This document shows, piece by piece, positions 43,000 through 53,142 of a stretch of 64,000 nucleotides of DNA. The DNA comes from Alphaproteobacteria bacterium (GTDB lineage Bacteria; Pseudomonadota; Alphaproteobacteria; GCA-2731375). The stretch lies in the NCBI GenBank assembly GCA_965225945.1, contig CBDDBZ010000038.1:352001-416000 (forward strand), given 5' to 3'. A model generated the notes under the pieces. It worked only from the letters and a program-made list of their open reading frames with translations. It was not told where the DNA came from and made no database searches. The translations under genes and the position numbers were made by a program. The first letter of the stretch is position 1. Each line of letters opens with the position of its first letter.

Positions 43000-45268
43000 C
43001 CTCGATCGCGATAACGTGGCACGGACCTCTTCCAGTTTCGAGCTGTTGGCGCCACCGATCCAACAATGGATATGGCGACAGCGGTGGCGTGACCTCAGAG
43101 ATATCCAAGAGCGCTCGATACCCGTCCTCTTGCGGGAGGACACGGACGTCATAATTTCGGCCGCCACCGCTGGTGGAAAGACCGAAGCCGCCTTTTTGCC
43201 GTTGCTGTCCAGAGTCGTGACTTCGGAACGCTCCCGTCAAGGCTTCGACCTCCTCTACGTGAGCCCGTTGAAAGCGCTCATCAACGACCAATTCCGCCGC
43301 CTCGACGAGCTTTGCGAGATCATCGAGGTGCCGGTGCACCGATGGCATGGCGACGTCTCGGCGAGCGCGAAGGCAAAGGCACGGAAAAATCCGGCCGGGG
43401 TGCTGTTGATCACGCCGGAATCGCTGGAGGCGATTTTCGTGCGTCGCGGCTTGGAGGTGCCTGGCCTCTTCGGCGGGCTCGACGCCGTCGTCATCGATGA
43501 ATTGCATGCCATGCTGGGCACCGAACGTGGCGTTCACCTCAGATCGTTGCTTTGCCGTATCGAGACCACCACCGGGCGTCGGGTGCGACGCATCGGTCTC
43601 TCCGCGACTCTCGGTGACATGGCGTTGGCGGCGGCTTTTCTGCGGCCGGAGGCGCCGGACGACGCCGAAATTCTAAAAAGCGCGTCCGGGGAGCAGGAAC
43701 TAAAGCTGCAGCTCAGAGGTTACGTCGTCCGCAGGCACCCGAAGGGCACGAACGGGGTCCAGCGGCGCGATGCCGGAGAGACCGAAGACGGGGAAGCCGA
43801 CGAGGCGACGGAGCGTGCCATCGCCAAGCATCTGTTCGAACACCTACGGGGATCGCAGAACCTGATCTTCGCCGGATCGCGTGGGAACGTGGAACTCTAT
43901 GCCGATCGGTTGAGGCGGATGTCCGAGGCGGCGCGTTTACCCAACGAGTTCCACGCCCACCATGCCAACTTGGCCCGAGATCATCGTGAGTTCGTGGAGG
44001 CCCGGCTCAAGAGTGCCGAGGAACCGACGACCGCCGTCTGCACTTCCACGTTGGAACTCGGCATAGACATCGGCGAAGTGGCGGGTGTCGCCCAGATTGG
44101 CCCGCCTTACTCCGTCGCGAGCATGCGCCAACGACTCGGACGTTCCGGCCGTCGCGCCGACATTCCCGCGACCATGCGGGCTTACGTCCAGGAAGATGAG
44201 ATCGACGCGAGGAGCGATTCGCTCGACGCCCTGCGCCTACGGATGGTGCAGACCGTGGCCATGATCGACCTCCTGATCGACGGCTGGTGCGAGCCCCCGG
44301 TTAGGCAGGCGCTGCACCTTTCGACCTTCGTGCATCAGGTCCTATCGGTCATCGCGGAACGGAACGGTGCCACGCCGAGAACACTCTTCGATCTCCTATG
44401 TACCCGTGGCGCCTTTCAGGCGATCGATCAACCGCTCTTTCTCGATGTTCTTCGCTGCATCGGCAATGCGGACGTCGCGTTGATCGAGCAGTCGCCGGAT
44501 GGCACGCTTTTGCTGGGCGCCGTCGGCGAGCGCTTGGTCGAGCACTACGGCTTCTATGCCGTGTTCTTGTCACCCCAGGAATATAGGGTCGTGGTGGAAG
44601 GACGGCCTCTCGGAACGCTGCCGATTACCTTTGTGGTGATCGCCGACATGACCATTATATTTTCCGGTCGACGTTGGCGCGTACTCGATGTGGACGACAA
44701 AGCGAAAGTCATCGACGTGACGCCCGATCCAACCGGCCACGCGCCCAGGTTCGGAGGCGACGCGGGGGACGTGCACGATTGCGTCGCGAAAAAGATGTTC
44801 GCGGTTTACCAAGGTGAAGTCGTCCCACCCTATCTGGACGCGACGGCCCGCGAGTTACTGTCGGAAGGCCGCGCGACCTTCCAGCGCATGGGTCTCGATG
44901 ATGCTTCCATGGTTTCGTTGGATCAGCAACGGAGTTTGCTCTTCCCCTGGCACGGTACCGTGGCGATCGAGACCCTGACCTTGGCGTTGGTCGCGGCCGG
45001 ACTGAAGGCCGCGCCACGCAAACATATCGCGATCGAGGTGGAGGCCGGCCCTCAGGACGTTTCGAAAGTCTTGTTCGAACTATCGAACGGGCCCGTGCCG
45101 TTTTCGATCGAACTCGCCGCGCATGTGCGCAATCTGGAGCGGGAAAAATACCACGTGTACTTGAATCGGCGTCTGTTGCAATTGGACGTGGCTTCGGGTC
45201 GAATACGGCCTGAAATCGTCCCGAATTTGGCGGTACGGCTCCAGTCCGGTCTCCCGTCGGCAGAATGA
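42968..45268 (+). CDS. Lhr-like DEAD/DEAH helicase (Shango SngC-like)
   Basis: ATAGGKTEAAFLP, SPLKALINDQ, DELH, LSAT, TSTLELGIDIG, QRLGRSGRR. Confidence 0.9.
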   Translation: MTSSPPSNSADLDRDNVARTSSSFELLAPPIQQWIWRQRWRDLRDIQERSIPVLLREDTDVIISAATAGGKTEAAFLPLLSRVVTSERSRQGFDLLYVSPLKALINDQFRRLDELCEIIEVPVHRWHGDVSASAKAKARKNPAGVLLITPESLEAIFVRRGLEVPGLFGGLDAVVIDELHAMLGTERGVHLRSLLCRIETTTGRRVRRIGLSATLGDMALAAAFLRPEAPDDAEILKSASGEQELKLQLRGYVVRRHPKGTNGVQRRDAGETEDGEADEATERAIAKHLFEHLRGSQNLIFAGSRGNVELYADRLRRMSEAARLPNEFHAHHANLARDHREFVEARLKSAEEPTTAVCTSTLELGIDIGEVAGVAQIGPPYSVASMRQRLGRSGRRADIPATMRAYVQEDEIDARSDSLDALRLRMVQTVAMIDLLIDGWCEPPVRQALHLSTFVHQVLSVIAERNGATPRTLFDLLCTRGAFQAIDQPLFLDVLRCIGNADVALIEQSPDGTLLLGAVGERLVEHYGFYAVFLSPQEYRVVVEGRPLGTLPITFVVIADMTIIFSGRRWRVLDVDDKAKVIDVTPDPTGHAPRFGGDAGDVHDCVAKKMFAVYQGEVVPPYLDATARELLSEGRATFQRMGLDDASMVSLDQQRSLLFPWHGTVAIETLTLALVAAGLKAAPRKHIAIEVEAGPQDVSKVLFELSNGPVPFSIELAAHVRNLEREKYHVYLNRRLLQLDVASGRIRPEIVPNLAVRLQSGLPSAE

Positions 45269-45489
45269 ATTTACCGGCCAGCTTCCTTTGCCGTCAGACT
45301 TATGCGTTATGAGGTGCGGAGAATTCGGCTTATCGCCCGGACTTTGGCAAGTGATGTGCGTCGAGCTTCGTAATTTCCGGCTGGTGTCTCGATCCCCCCG
45401 ACTGAACCACCCGCTCGCCCCTCTCGACCCCCGGGCGAAATCGTCCGATCATGGCCCCCTAGGACCCGCCGAGGAGGACACGCCGCACC

Positions 45490-47184
45490 ATGATCCGTGA
45501 TCCGTGGCTCGAGTCTTACGCGCCCGGCGTCGACTGGCATGCTCCGCTGACGCCGACGACCCTGCCAGCGATGTTCCAGGAGGCCACCCGGCGCTTCGCC
45601 GACCGGCCGGCGATGGACTTCCTCGGCCGGCGCTGGCGCTACGGCGATCTCGCCGCCATGGTCGAGCGCGCGACGAGAGGCTTCCAGGAGATCGGCGTCG
45701 GCCCCGGCGTCAAGGTCGGCCTCTTCCTCCCCAACTGCCCGCAGTTCATCACCGCCTATTACGCCGCCCTCTCGGCCGGCGCCACCGTGGTCAACTACAG
45801 CCCCCTCTACGCCAAGGCCGAACTCCGCCACCAGATCGAGGACAGCGAGACCGAGGTCATGGTGACCCTAGATCTCGCCCCGCTCTATCCCAAGATGGCC
45901 GAACTGCTGGACGACACACCGCTGGAAAAGCTCGTGGTCGGCTCGCTCCCCGAGGTCCTGCCGTTCCCGAAGAACAAGCTCTTCCCGCTGCTCAAGCGGA
46001 AGGAGATCGCCCCTGTCGCCTGGGACCGGCGTTGCATGCCCTTCAGCCAGTTGATGCGGAACGAGGGGCGCCCAGGCGCGGTCGAGATCGCTTCGGGAGA
46101 CCTCGCCGTGCTGCAATACACTGGCGGCACGACCGGTGTCTCCAAGGGGGCGATGCTGAGCCACGCCAACCTGACCCAGAACGTCCAGCAGACCGCGCTC
46201 TGGCTGCCCGACCGCAAGCTCGGCGAGGAGCGGATGATGGGCGTGCTGCCGTTCTTCCACGTCTTCGCCATGACCGTGGTGATGAACCTCTCGATCCACA
46301 TCGGCGCCGAGATCGTCATGCATCCCCGCTTCGTGCTGGCCGACGTGCTGCGCGACATTCCGAGGAAGAAGCCGACCCTGATGCCGGGCGTGCCGACCAT
46401 GTTCCGGGCGATCGCCGATCACCCGGATGCCGCCCGGCTCGACCTCTCCTCGATTCGGGCCTGCATGTCGGGAGGCGCGCCGCTGCCGGTCGAGACCAAG
46501 AAGCGCTTCGAGGCGCTGACCGGCGCCGTGGTCTTCGAGGGCTATGGGCTGAGCGAGACGGCGCCGGTCTGTTCCTGCAATCCGGTCGGGGGGGAGAACC
46601 GGCCGGGCTCGATCGGCCAGCCGGTGCCGGGGACGCGGATCACCATCACCGACCGGGATGATCCCAGCCACGAGCTGCCGCTGGGCGAGGCGGGCGAGAT
46701 CCGGATCGAGGGACCGCAGGTCATGCTCGGCTACTGGAAGCGGCCGGAGGCGACGGCCGAGGCGCTGCTGGACGGCCGGCTCAGGACCGGCGACGTCGGC
46801 TATATCGACGCGCAGGGCTACGTCCACGTCATCGACCGGATCAAGGATCTGATCCTGGTCGGCGGCTTCAACGTCTATCCCCGCCACGTCGAGGAGGCGA
46901 TCCATCGCCACCCCGAGGTCGCCGAGGTGACGGTGATCGGCGTGCCGGACGACTATGCCGGCGAGCGGGTGAAGGCGTTCGTGAAGCTCCGCGAGGCGGC
47001 GAGGGTGGACGCGGCGGGCCTGATCGCCTTCCTCCAGGACCAACTCGGCCGGCACGAAATCCCGCGCGAGATCGAGTTCCGCGACGAGTTGCCGAAGACC
47101 ATGATCGGCAAGCTCTCGAAAAAGGAGCTGGTGGCGGAGGAACTCGCGAAGCGGGCGAGTGATGCCGATAGCAAAAAATCTTGA
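45490..47184 (+). CDS. fadD: long-chain fatty acid-CoA ligase
   Basis: QYTGGTTGVSKG, EGYGLSET, RTGD, DRIKD, PKTMIGKL. Confidence 0.9.
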   Translation: MIRDPWLESYAPGVDWHAPLTPTTLPAMFQEATRRFADRPAMDFLGRRWRYGDLAAMVERATRGFQEIGVGPGVKVGLFLPNCPQFITAYYAALSAGATVVNYSPLYAKAELRHQIEDSETEVMVTLDLAPLYPKMAELLDDTPLEKLVVGSLPEVLPFPKNKLFPLLKRKEIAPVAWDRRCMPFSQLMRNEGRPGAVEIASGDLAVLQYTGGTTGVSKGAMLSHANLTQNVQQTALWLPDRKLGEERMMGVLPFFHVFAMTVVMNLSIHIGAEIVMHPRFVLADVLRDIPRKKPTLMPGVPTMFRAIADHPDAARLDLSSIRACMSGGAPLPVETKKRFEALTGAVVFEGYGLSETAPVCSCNPVGGENRPGSIGQPVPGTRITITDRDDPSHELPLGEAGEIRIEGPQVMLGYWKRPEATAEALLDGRLRTGDVGYIDAQGYVHVIDRIKDLILVGGFNVYPRHVEEAIHRHPEVAEVTVIGVPDDYAGERVKAFVKLREAARVDAAGLIAFLQDQLGRHEIPREIEFRDELPKTMIGKLSKKELVAEELAKRASDADSKKS

Positions 47185-47297
47185 CCGCCCCGTTGCCCCG
47201 GCTCAACCACCCCCAGGGTACCATTCGCGAGCGGTTTGGCCGGGGGAGAAGGCCGGCGGAGCGGAGCGGGGCGGCCGCGGACAGCGCCTCCAGCGTA

Positions 47298-48095
47298 TCA
47301 AGACGAACGGCGGCGCTCGAAGAAGGGGGCGATCATTCGTCGCGGTTCGTCCGTCGCGAAGGCCGCCACCAGCGATTCGATCCCGGCCTGGATCGCCTCG
47401 TCGAGCGGGCGCCTTTCCCACTCCGCGATCAGCGCCTTCTGCAGCCGCACCGCGCGCGGCCCGGCGGCCAGCAGGTCGTCGATCCAGCGCGCCGTGCGGG
47501 CGTCCAGTTGGCCGGCCGTGGCCACTTCCTCGACCAGCCCCATCGCCAGCGCCTCGGCGGCAGAGTAGTTCCGCGCCAGGAGGACGATCTCCCGCGCCTT
47601 GCCCCAGCCGACCAGGCGCGGCAACAGCGCCGCCTCGACCACCGAGGGCAGGCCGACACGGGTCTCCGGCATTGAGAAAATCGCGTGGTCGGCCGCGATC
47701 CGCCCATCGCAGGACGCCGCGATTTCCAACCCGGCGCCCAGGCAATAGCCGTTCACCCGCGCCAGCACCGGCACCGGCAGATCGCGGATCGCCCGGCAGA
47801 CCAAGTGCACCCGGGTAATGAAGGCACGCGCCGTCTCCTGGTTCAGCGCCGCCAACTCGTCGAGGTCGGCACCGCCCATGAACGACCGCTCGCCCGCCCC
47901 CGTCAGCACCGCCATGCGAAGATCGTCGTCACGGCCAAGCTCGCGGAAGGCCTCGGCCAGGCGCTCCATGATCGCCGTTGTGAGCGCGTTCAGCTTGCGG
48001 CGACGATCGACCGTGACCCAAGCCACGCGACCCTCCGGACGTGCCTCCACCGTGACCTCGACCTTGGCCGTCTCCGTCTCCGTCTTCGTCCCCAT
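47298..48095 (-). CDS. enoyl-CoA hydratase/isomerase family protein
   Basis: FMGGADL, PVLARVNGYCLGAGLE, FSMPETRVG. Confidence 0.88.
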   Translation of the reverse strand: MGTKTETETAKVEVTVEARPEGRVAWVTVDRRRKLNALTTAIMERLAEAFRELGRDDDLRMAVLTGAGERSFMGGADLDELAALNQETARAFITRVHLVCRAIRDLPVPVLARVNGYCLGAGLEIAASCDGRIAADHAIFSMPETRVGLPSVVEAALLPRLVGWGKAREIVLLARNYSAAEALAMGLVEEVATAGQLDARTARWIDDLLAAGPRAVRLQKALIAEWERRPLDEAIQAGIESLVAAFATDEPRRMIAPFFERRRSS

Positions 48096-48343
48096 GGCCG
48101 CCTCCCGCGCCGCCCGTCGATGCGCCGTCGTTCTGCCGCGCCGGGCGGCCTATTGCAAGTCGCCGATCCGACGCCTGCGTGAAATCCCCGGTTTATCTGG
48201 ACCCGGAGGCCGCCGCCATCACGAAGTCCCCGAAAAATAAGGCCTGGACGTCAGTTTGTAGTATACATTCGAACAGACCCACACTATATCTAGTGATCTC
48301 AATAGAGCCGATTCGATTCGGGGAGCGAAAAGGGGCTGAACAC

Positions 48344-48628
48344 ATGAGCAGAGCCGTATTCATCGAAAACGTCGCCAAGAAGGGCAAATTGAGCAAGGCC
48401 GAAGCGAAACGCGTGGTCGACCTGGTGCTGGGCGAGGTCGAGGCCGGGCTGAAGAAATCGAAAAAGGAAGGCCGCTACACGATCGGCAACTTCGGCACCT
48501 TCACCGTCAACAAGCGGCCGGCCCGCAAGGGGCGCAATCCGCGGACCGGCGAGGCGATCAGGATCAAGGCGTCGAAGGTCTTGAAGTTCAAGCCCGCGGC
48601 CAAGCTGAAGAAGGCCGCCGGCACCTAA
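48344..48628 (+). CDS. hup: HU family DNA-binding protein
   Basis: NFGTFTVNKRPARKGRNPRTGEAIRIKASKVLKFKPA. Confidence 0.92.
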   Translation: MSRAVFIENVAKKGKLSKAEAKRVVDLVLGEVEAGLKKSKKEGRYTIGNFGTFTVNKRPARKGRNPRTGEAIRIKASKVLKFKPAAKLKKAAGT

Positions 48629-48659
48629 CCACGAACCGACACCTCCGACGATTTCGGCG

Positions 48660-48693
48660 GAACCCGCTTCCCTGGGGAAGCGGGTTCTTCGTT
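48660..48693 (+). terminator. rho-independent terminator after the HU gene; intron insertion site
   Basis: GAACCCGCTTCC / GGAAGCGGGTTC stem followed by TTCGTT. Confidence 0.8.
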
Positions 48694-48718
48694 GTGTGCC
48701 TGGCATGGCGCTGATCTA

Positions 48719-49855
48719 GTGTTCCGATCCTAACAAAAGTTTCCCAAAGGGCTTGCGTTCTGCGATTCTGGGGGAATGACGAAGACATTGGCATGCATCT
48801 GGCTGTCTCCCGCGGAGCGGGTGACGCTGGAAGGGTTGGTTTCTGGGCGGAACACGCCGCAGAAGCTGGTTTGGCGGGCACGGATAGTGTTGCTGTCGGC
48901 TGACGGGATCGGCACGATGACGATCGTCCGGTTGGTCGGCAAAAGTAAGGTGACGGTGTGGCGCTGGCAGGAGCGCTACCTTGCCAAAGGCATCGCCGGA
49001 CTGCGCCGCGATGCGACGCGACCGGGACGCAAGCCGCCGCTGAGCGCCGAGGTGATCGAGCGGGTTGTGCATAAGACCTTGCACGAGACGCCGGAGGCGG
49101 CGACGCATTGGAGCATCCGCAAGATGGCCCGTGCCGTCGGCCTCAGCTACACCAGCGTGCAGCGGATCTGGAAGGCGCACGGCCTCAAGCCGCACCTGGT
49201 GAAGACCTTCAAGCTGTCGAATGACGAGCACTTCGTCGAGAAGGTGCGCGATATCGTCGGTCTCTATCTCGATCCGCCGGACAAGGCGCTGGTTCTCTCG
49301 GTCGACGAGAAGAGCCAGATCCAGGCGCTCGACCGCACACAGCCCGGCTTGCCGATCAAGAAGGGCCGAGCCGGCACCATGACGCATGACTACAAGCGCC
49401 ACGGCACGACGACATTGTTCGCCGCGCTCGACGTCGCCACCGGCAAGGTCATCGGCCACTGCATGAAGCGGCACCGCCATCAGGAATGGCTGAAATTCCT
49501 GCGCCGTATCGACGCCGAGACGCCCAAGAAGCTCGACCTGCATCTGATCGCCGACAACTACGCCACCCACAAGCATCCCAAGGTCAAGGCGTGGTTGGCA
49601 AAACATCCTCGCTTCCATATGCACTTCACTCCGACATCCGCCTCCTGGCTCAGCCAGGTCGAACGCTTCTTCAGCCTGATCACCAGCGATCAAATCCGTT
49701 GCGGCGTGTTCAAGAGCGTCGCCGAACTCGAAACAGCCATTCAGAAATACCTCGAGCACCACAATGCCGATCCAAAACCCTTCGTATGGACCGCTTCCGC
49801 CACCGCCATACTCGAAAAAGTCGCTCGTGGGCGACAGGCGTTAGAGTCGGTACAC
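48719..49855 (+). mobile_element. IS630-family element, copy 1
   Basis: Ends GTGTTCCGATCCTAA / TTAGAGTCGGTACAC; TA duplicated at 48717-48718 and 49856-49857. Confidence 0.92.
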
Positions 49856-49858
49856 TAG
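48776..49858 (+). CDS. IS630 transposase
   Basis: VDEKSQIQAL, HDYKRHGTTTLFAAL, IADNYATHK, SWLSQVERFF. Confidence 0.93.
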   Translation: MTKTLACIWLSPAERVTLEGLVSGRNTPQKLVWRARIVLLSADGIGTMTIVRLVGKSKVTVWRWQERYLAKGIAGLRRDATRPGRKPPLSAEVIERVVHKTLHETPEAATHWSIRKMARAVGLSYTSVQRIWKAHGLKPHLVKTFKLSNDEHFVEKVRDIVGLYLDPPDKALVLSVDEKSQIQALDRTQPGLPIKKGRAGTMTHDYKRHGTTTLFAALDVATGKVIGHCMKRHRHQEWLKFLRRIDAETPKKLDLHLIADNYATHKHPKVKAWLAKHPRFHMHFTPTSASWLSQVERFFSLITSDQIRCGVFKSVAELETAIQKYLEHHNADPKPFVWTASATAILEKVARGRQALESVH

Positions 49859-49989
49859 GAGATGGAAGTTCTCTACGGGCCGTAACGACCGGAACCGATA
49901 GCTGAAGGCAACTGCGTCGCCGCGAGGCGGGGTGGGGAGGAAGCGGGAGGCAAAATCTGGAGCGGACGAACAGAAACCGGATATCAGGC

Positions 49990-51440
49990 GGCGATGTCCC
50001 GCCCAATGTTGAAAAGTGCGAGATAGGCATCGTCTGATCGAGAGGCTACGCGGCCACCTCGATGTCTTCAATGACGGACTTTGCTCCGGCCTTTCTCACC
50101 GCCTCCCGCAGGGCGGCGTCAAGGACGGGGAGCTGGCGGTAGGCCTTGAGGCGGCGGAAGGTCTTTTGCGCCTCCAAGAGGCCGGCGGCGGTCCAACGCA
50201 GCGCCATCTCGGCGTTGCGCCAGCGCTTGACGTTCCGCTGCACCGTCCGGACGGTGCCGATCGCGTTCTCGATGGCGTTGGTGCAAGCCAGCGAGTGTCG
50301 AAGTTGCGGCGGGAGGCCGAGCCGGATCACGGTCAGGATCTCGTCCAGGCCCTCCAGGATCGAGCCCGAGACGCCGGGTGCGTCATGCTCCAGACGGCGG
50401 GCGAGGTTGCGCAAGAGCCGTTCGGCCTTGGCCGCGTCGTCCTGCTGCCAGGCCTGCCGCAAGACCTTCCTGACGCCGGCATGGAGGCTCTCGTCCAGCC
50501 GGTCCGTGATGTTGCGCCCCTTGTGCACCTGGCAGCGCTGGAGGGCCGCCGCCCGCCCGAAGGTCCGCCGGATCGCCTTCGAGAGCGCCTTGGCGCCGTC
50601 GACGATGTAGAGCCGAGGCCGTTCGGGATCGAGACCGCGCTCGATCAGGTTGTCGAGCATGGCTTGCACCGTGGCCGCGTTCTCCGTCGCGCCCTCGGCC
50701 AGGCCCAGCACGTGCTTCGCGCCGCCGGTGTCGATGCCGATCGCCGCCACCATCAGGTGATCGCCGACATGGAGCCCGTCGATCTGGAGCACCACGAGAT
50801 CGAGATCGTCGAGCGGGCTCGCCAGCCAGGCCTTCAGCTTGCTTCGCGTCAACGCCACGAAACGGCGCGAGACCGCCGACTTCGAGGTTGCGTCACCCGA
50901 TGCCGCCGGCAGATCGCCGCCCGCATCGTCCGGCAGGCGCACCGCGCGGGCATACTTGCGGGTCGAGACGTTGATCACCATCAGATTCATCGCCCAGGCT
51001 TGCAAGAGTTCGGGTTCCGACAGCAGCTCCCAACTCGGCAGGCTCATCTCCCGACCCGCGAAGTCCCGCACCCGAGGGCGCTCGACCTTCACTTTGCCGC
51101 CGTGGTAGGCGATCTCGCTCCGGGTCGTGCCCCATCGATGGCCCTTGCGCTCGCCCGAGCGGGCGTGGCGCGAACCGCACAAGGCTTCCGCGTCCGCCGA
51201 CATCATCTCGTTCAAAGACTCGAGGCCCGCCAAAAGGCAGAAGCGATCGACGCTCATGCGCAGATCGTCGAAGGCCTCCGGCATCGATGGCAAGAGCCGA
51301 CAGGATGGTTCCGAGGAACGGTCGTTGCGTGTAGTCTTGGTCATGGCGTCGTTCTCCTTGATGGAATCAGCACCCAGAGCCTAGCGGCTCCAGGCGGACG
51401 ACGCCTACTTCAGCTTTTCAACAGAGCCCGGGACATCCCC
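49990..51440 (-). mobile_element. IS256-family element
   Basis: IRs GGCGATGTCCCGCCCAATGTTGAAAAG / CTTTTCAACAGAGCCCGGGACATCCCC; 8-bp TSD TATCAGGC at 49982-49989 and 51441-51448. Confidence 0.92.
50046..51344 (-). CDS. IS256 transposase
   Basis: VSTRKY, SKSAVSR, QIDG, IVDGAKAL, QRCQVHKGRN, TNAIE. Confidence 0.92.
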   Translation of the reverse strand: MTKTTRNDRSSEPSCRLLPSMPEAFDDLRMSVDRFCLLAGLESLNEMMSADAEALCGSRHARSGERKGHRWGTTRSEIAYHGGKVKVERPRVRDFAGREMSLPSWELLSEPELLQAWAMNLMVINVSTRKYARAVRLPDDAGGDLPAASGDATSKSAVSRRFVALTRSKLKAWLASPLDDLDLVVLQIDGLHVGDHLMVAAIGIDTGGAKHVLGLAEGATENAATVQAMLDNLIERGLDPERPRLYIVDGAKALSKAIRRTFGRAAALQRCQVHKGRNITDRLDESLHAGVRKVLRQAWQQDDAAKAERLLRNLARRLEHDAPGVSGSILEGLDEILTVIRLGLPPQLRHSLACTNAIENAIGTVRTVQRNVKRWRNAEMALRWTAAGLLEAQKTFRRLKAYRQLPVLDAALREAVRKAGAKSVIEDIEVAA

Positions 51441-51702
51441 TATCAGGCCGGTGCGATGGGGTAAGCCAGCAATGGATGGCGAGGCCCGATAGTCGTTCGG
51501 ACGTCGCATTGGTAAATCCGGCCGCGACCGGAGGAAAGATCAGCGTCTTACCCAGGGAGATCTCCAGCGCTCTCGGGCGATCCGAGTAGCGAACCGGCGA
51601 CGGGGAGCGATGGCGGTGGAGAAGTCAGCCGAGGCCATAGTAGGGGCCGAGAGGCGCCGAAGGGCCGAATCCGAGTAGCAAGGAGCAGTCTGGATCAACT
51701 CG

Positions 51703-53142
51703 ATGAGCGTGGAGCGGCGGCAAGGCGGTGTTTATCAACTGGACCTTTTTGACGAGGCCCTGATGAAGACGCTGCGCCCCGAGGCCTCCGGTGACGGCGG
51801 AACCGGAACTGGACCCTGCGAGGAGCCACAAGCGGTCACGGCGTTGGAACAGCAACGAGCCTTGACGCAAGACCTGATGGAACGGGTGGTGAGTTCAGCC
51901 AACCTGAGCCAAGCCTACAGGCGGGTGAAGGCGAATAAGGGGTCGGCGGGGGTGGATGGGATGACCATCCTAGACCTACGGCCCTGGCTCGCCGATCACA
52001 AGGATACGCTGGTGGCGCAGTTGGCCCGAGGCGGTTATCGGCCACAACCGGTGAAGGGGGTCTCGATTCCCAAGCCGGGGGGCGGGATGCGGCAATTGGG
52101 CATCCCGACGGTGCTGGACCGTCTGGTTCAGCAAGCCATCCTGCAAGTCCTTCAGCCAATTCTCGATCCGGCTTTCTCGGGTTCGAGTTTTGGCTTCCGT
52201 CCGGGACGGAGCGCCCACGATGCTCTGGCCCAAGCAGGCAAATACGTCGCCGAAGGCCACGGGATCGTGGTCGACCTGGATTTGGAGACGTTCTTCGACC
52301 GGGTCAAGCACGACATTCTGATGTCCCGACTGGCTGGGCGCATTGGCGACAAGCGCCTGCTGCGCATCATCCGGCGTTTCCTGCAAGCGGGGATGATGCA
52401 AGCCGGCGTCTGCATCCGGCGCCATGAGGGTACGCCGCAAGGCGGCCCGCTGTCGCCGCTGCTGGCCAATCTTCTACTGGACGACCTGGACCAGATGCTG
52501 GAGGCGCGGGGCCATCGCTTCTGCCGTTACGCCGACGATGTGAACATCTATGTTCGCAGCCAGGCGGCGGGCGAACGGGTGATGGCCTCGGTGGCCAAAT
52601 TCCTCCAAGGCAGGTTGCATCTTCAGATCAACCAGGAGAAAAGTGCCGTCGCTCCGGTCTGGGAACGCAGGTTCCTCGGCCACCGACTTTTGCCGGATGG
52701 ATCGCTCGGCATTGCGCCCCAAAGCCTGCGGCGGGCGAAGCAACGGGTTCGCGAAATCACCCGGCGCAACCGGGGCGTCAGCCTCGCGCGCATGGTCGGC
52801 GAGCTGAACAGCTTCCTCGCCGGTTGGGTGACGTATTTCCGCCATGCCCGTTGCGGGAGACAACTACGGCGTCTCGACGGATGGATCCGCCGAAAACTGC
52901 GCTGTGTCCGGCTCAAGCAATGCAAGCGCACCAAGGCGCAAGCGGATTTTCTGCGAAGCCTTGGGGTGCCCGAATGGCGGGCATGGATCTTGGCTCTCTC
53001 CGGCAAGGGCTGGTGGCGCAAGTCCCTCAGCCCCCAAGCCACCGAGGCCATGACCCTGGCTTGGTTCGACGGCCAGGGGCTCATCCCCCTAGCCGACAGG
53101 TTCCGAGCGTTGCAACTAACCGGAAACCGCCATGGTACGTAG
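51703..53142 (+). CDS. ltrA: group II intron reverse transcriptase/maturase (no endonuclease domain)
   Basis: NKGSAGVDG, RQLGIPTVLDR, FGFRPGRSAHDA, GTPQGGPLSPLLAN, RYADD, GWVTYF; start uncertain. Confidence 0.92.
   Translation: MSVERRQGGVYQLDLFDEALMKTLRPEASGDGGTGTGPCEEPQAVTALEQQRALTQDLMERVVSSANLSQAYRRVKANKGSAGVDGMTILDLRPWLADHKDTLVAQLARGGYRPQPVKGVSIPKPGGGMRQLGIPTVLDRLVQQAILQVLQPILDPAFSGSSFGFRPGRSAHDALAQAGKYVAEGHGIVVDLDLETFFDRVKHDILMSRLAGRIGDKRLLRIIRRFLQAGMMQAGVCIRRHEGTPQGGPLSPLLANLLLDDLDQMLEARGHRFCRYADDVNIYVRSQAAGERVMASVAKFLQGRLHLQINQEKSAVAPVWERRFLGHRLLPDGSLGIAPQSLRRAKQRVREITRRNRGVSLARMVGELNSFLAGWVTYFRHARCGRQLRRLDGWIRRKLRCVRLKQCKRTKAQADFLRSLGVPEWRAWILALSGKGWWRKSLSPQATEAMTLAWFDGQGLIPLADRFRALQLTGNRHGT

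Noticed and set aside
51703-53142. Retron, DGR or defence-associated RT
   Set aside because: Group II intron 5' end, domains V/VI and a maturase-type C-terminus flank it; no template/variable repeat pair seen
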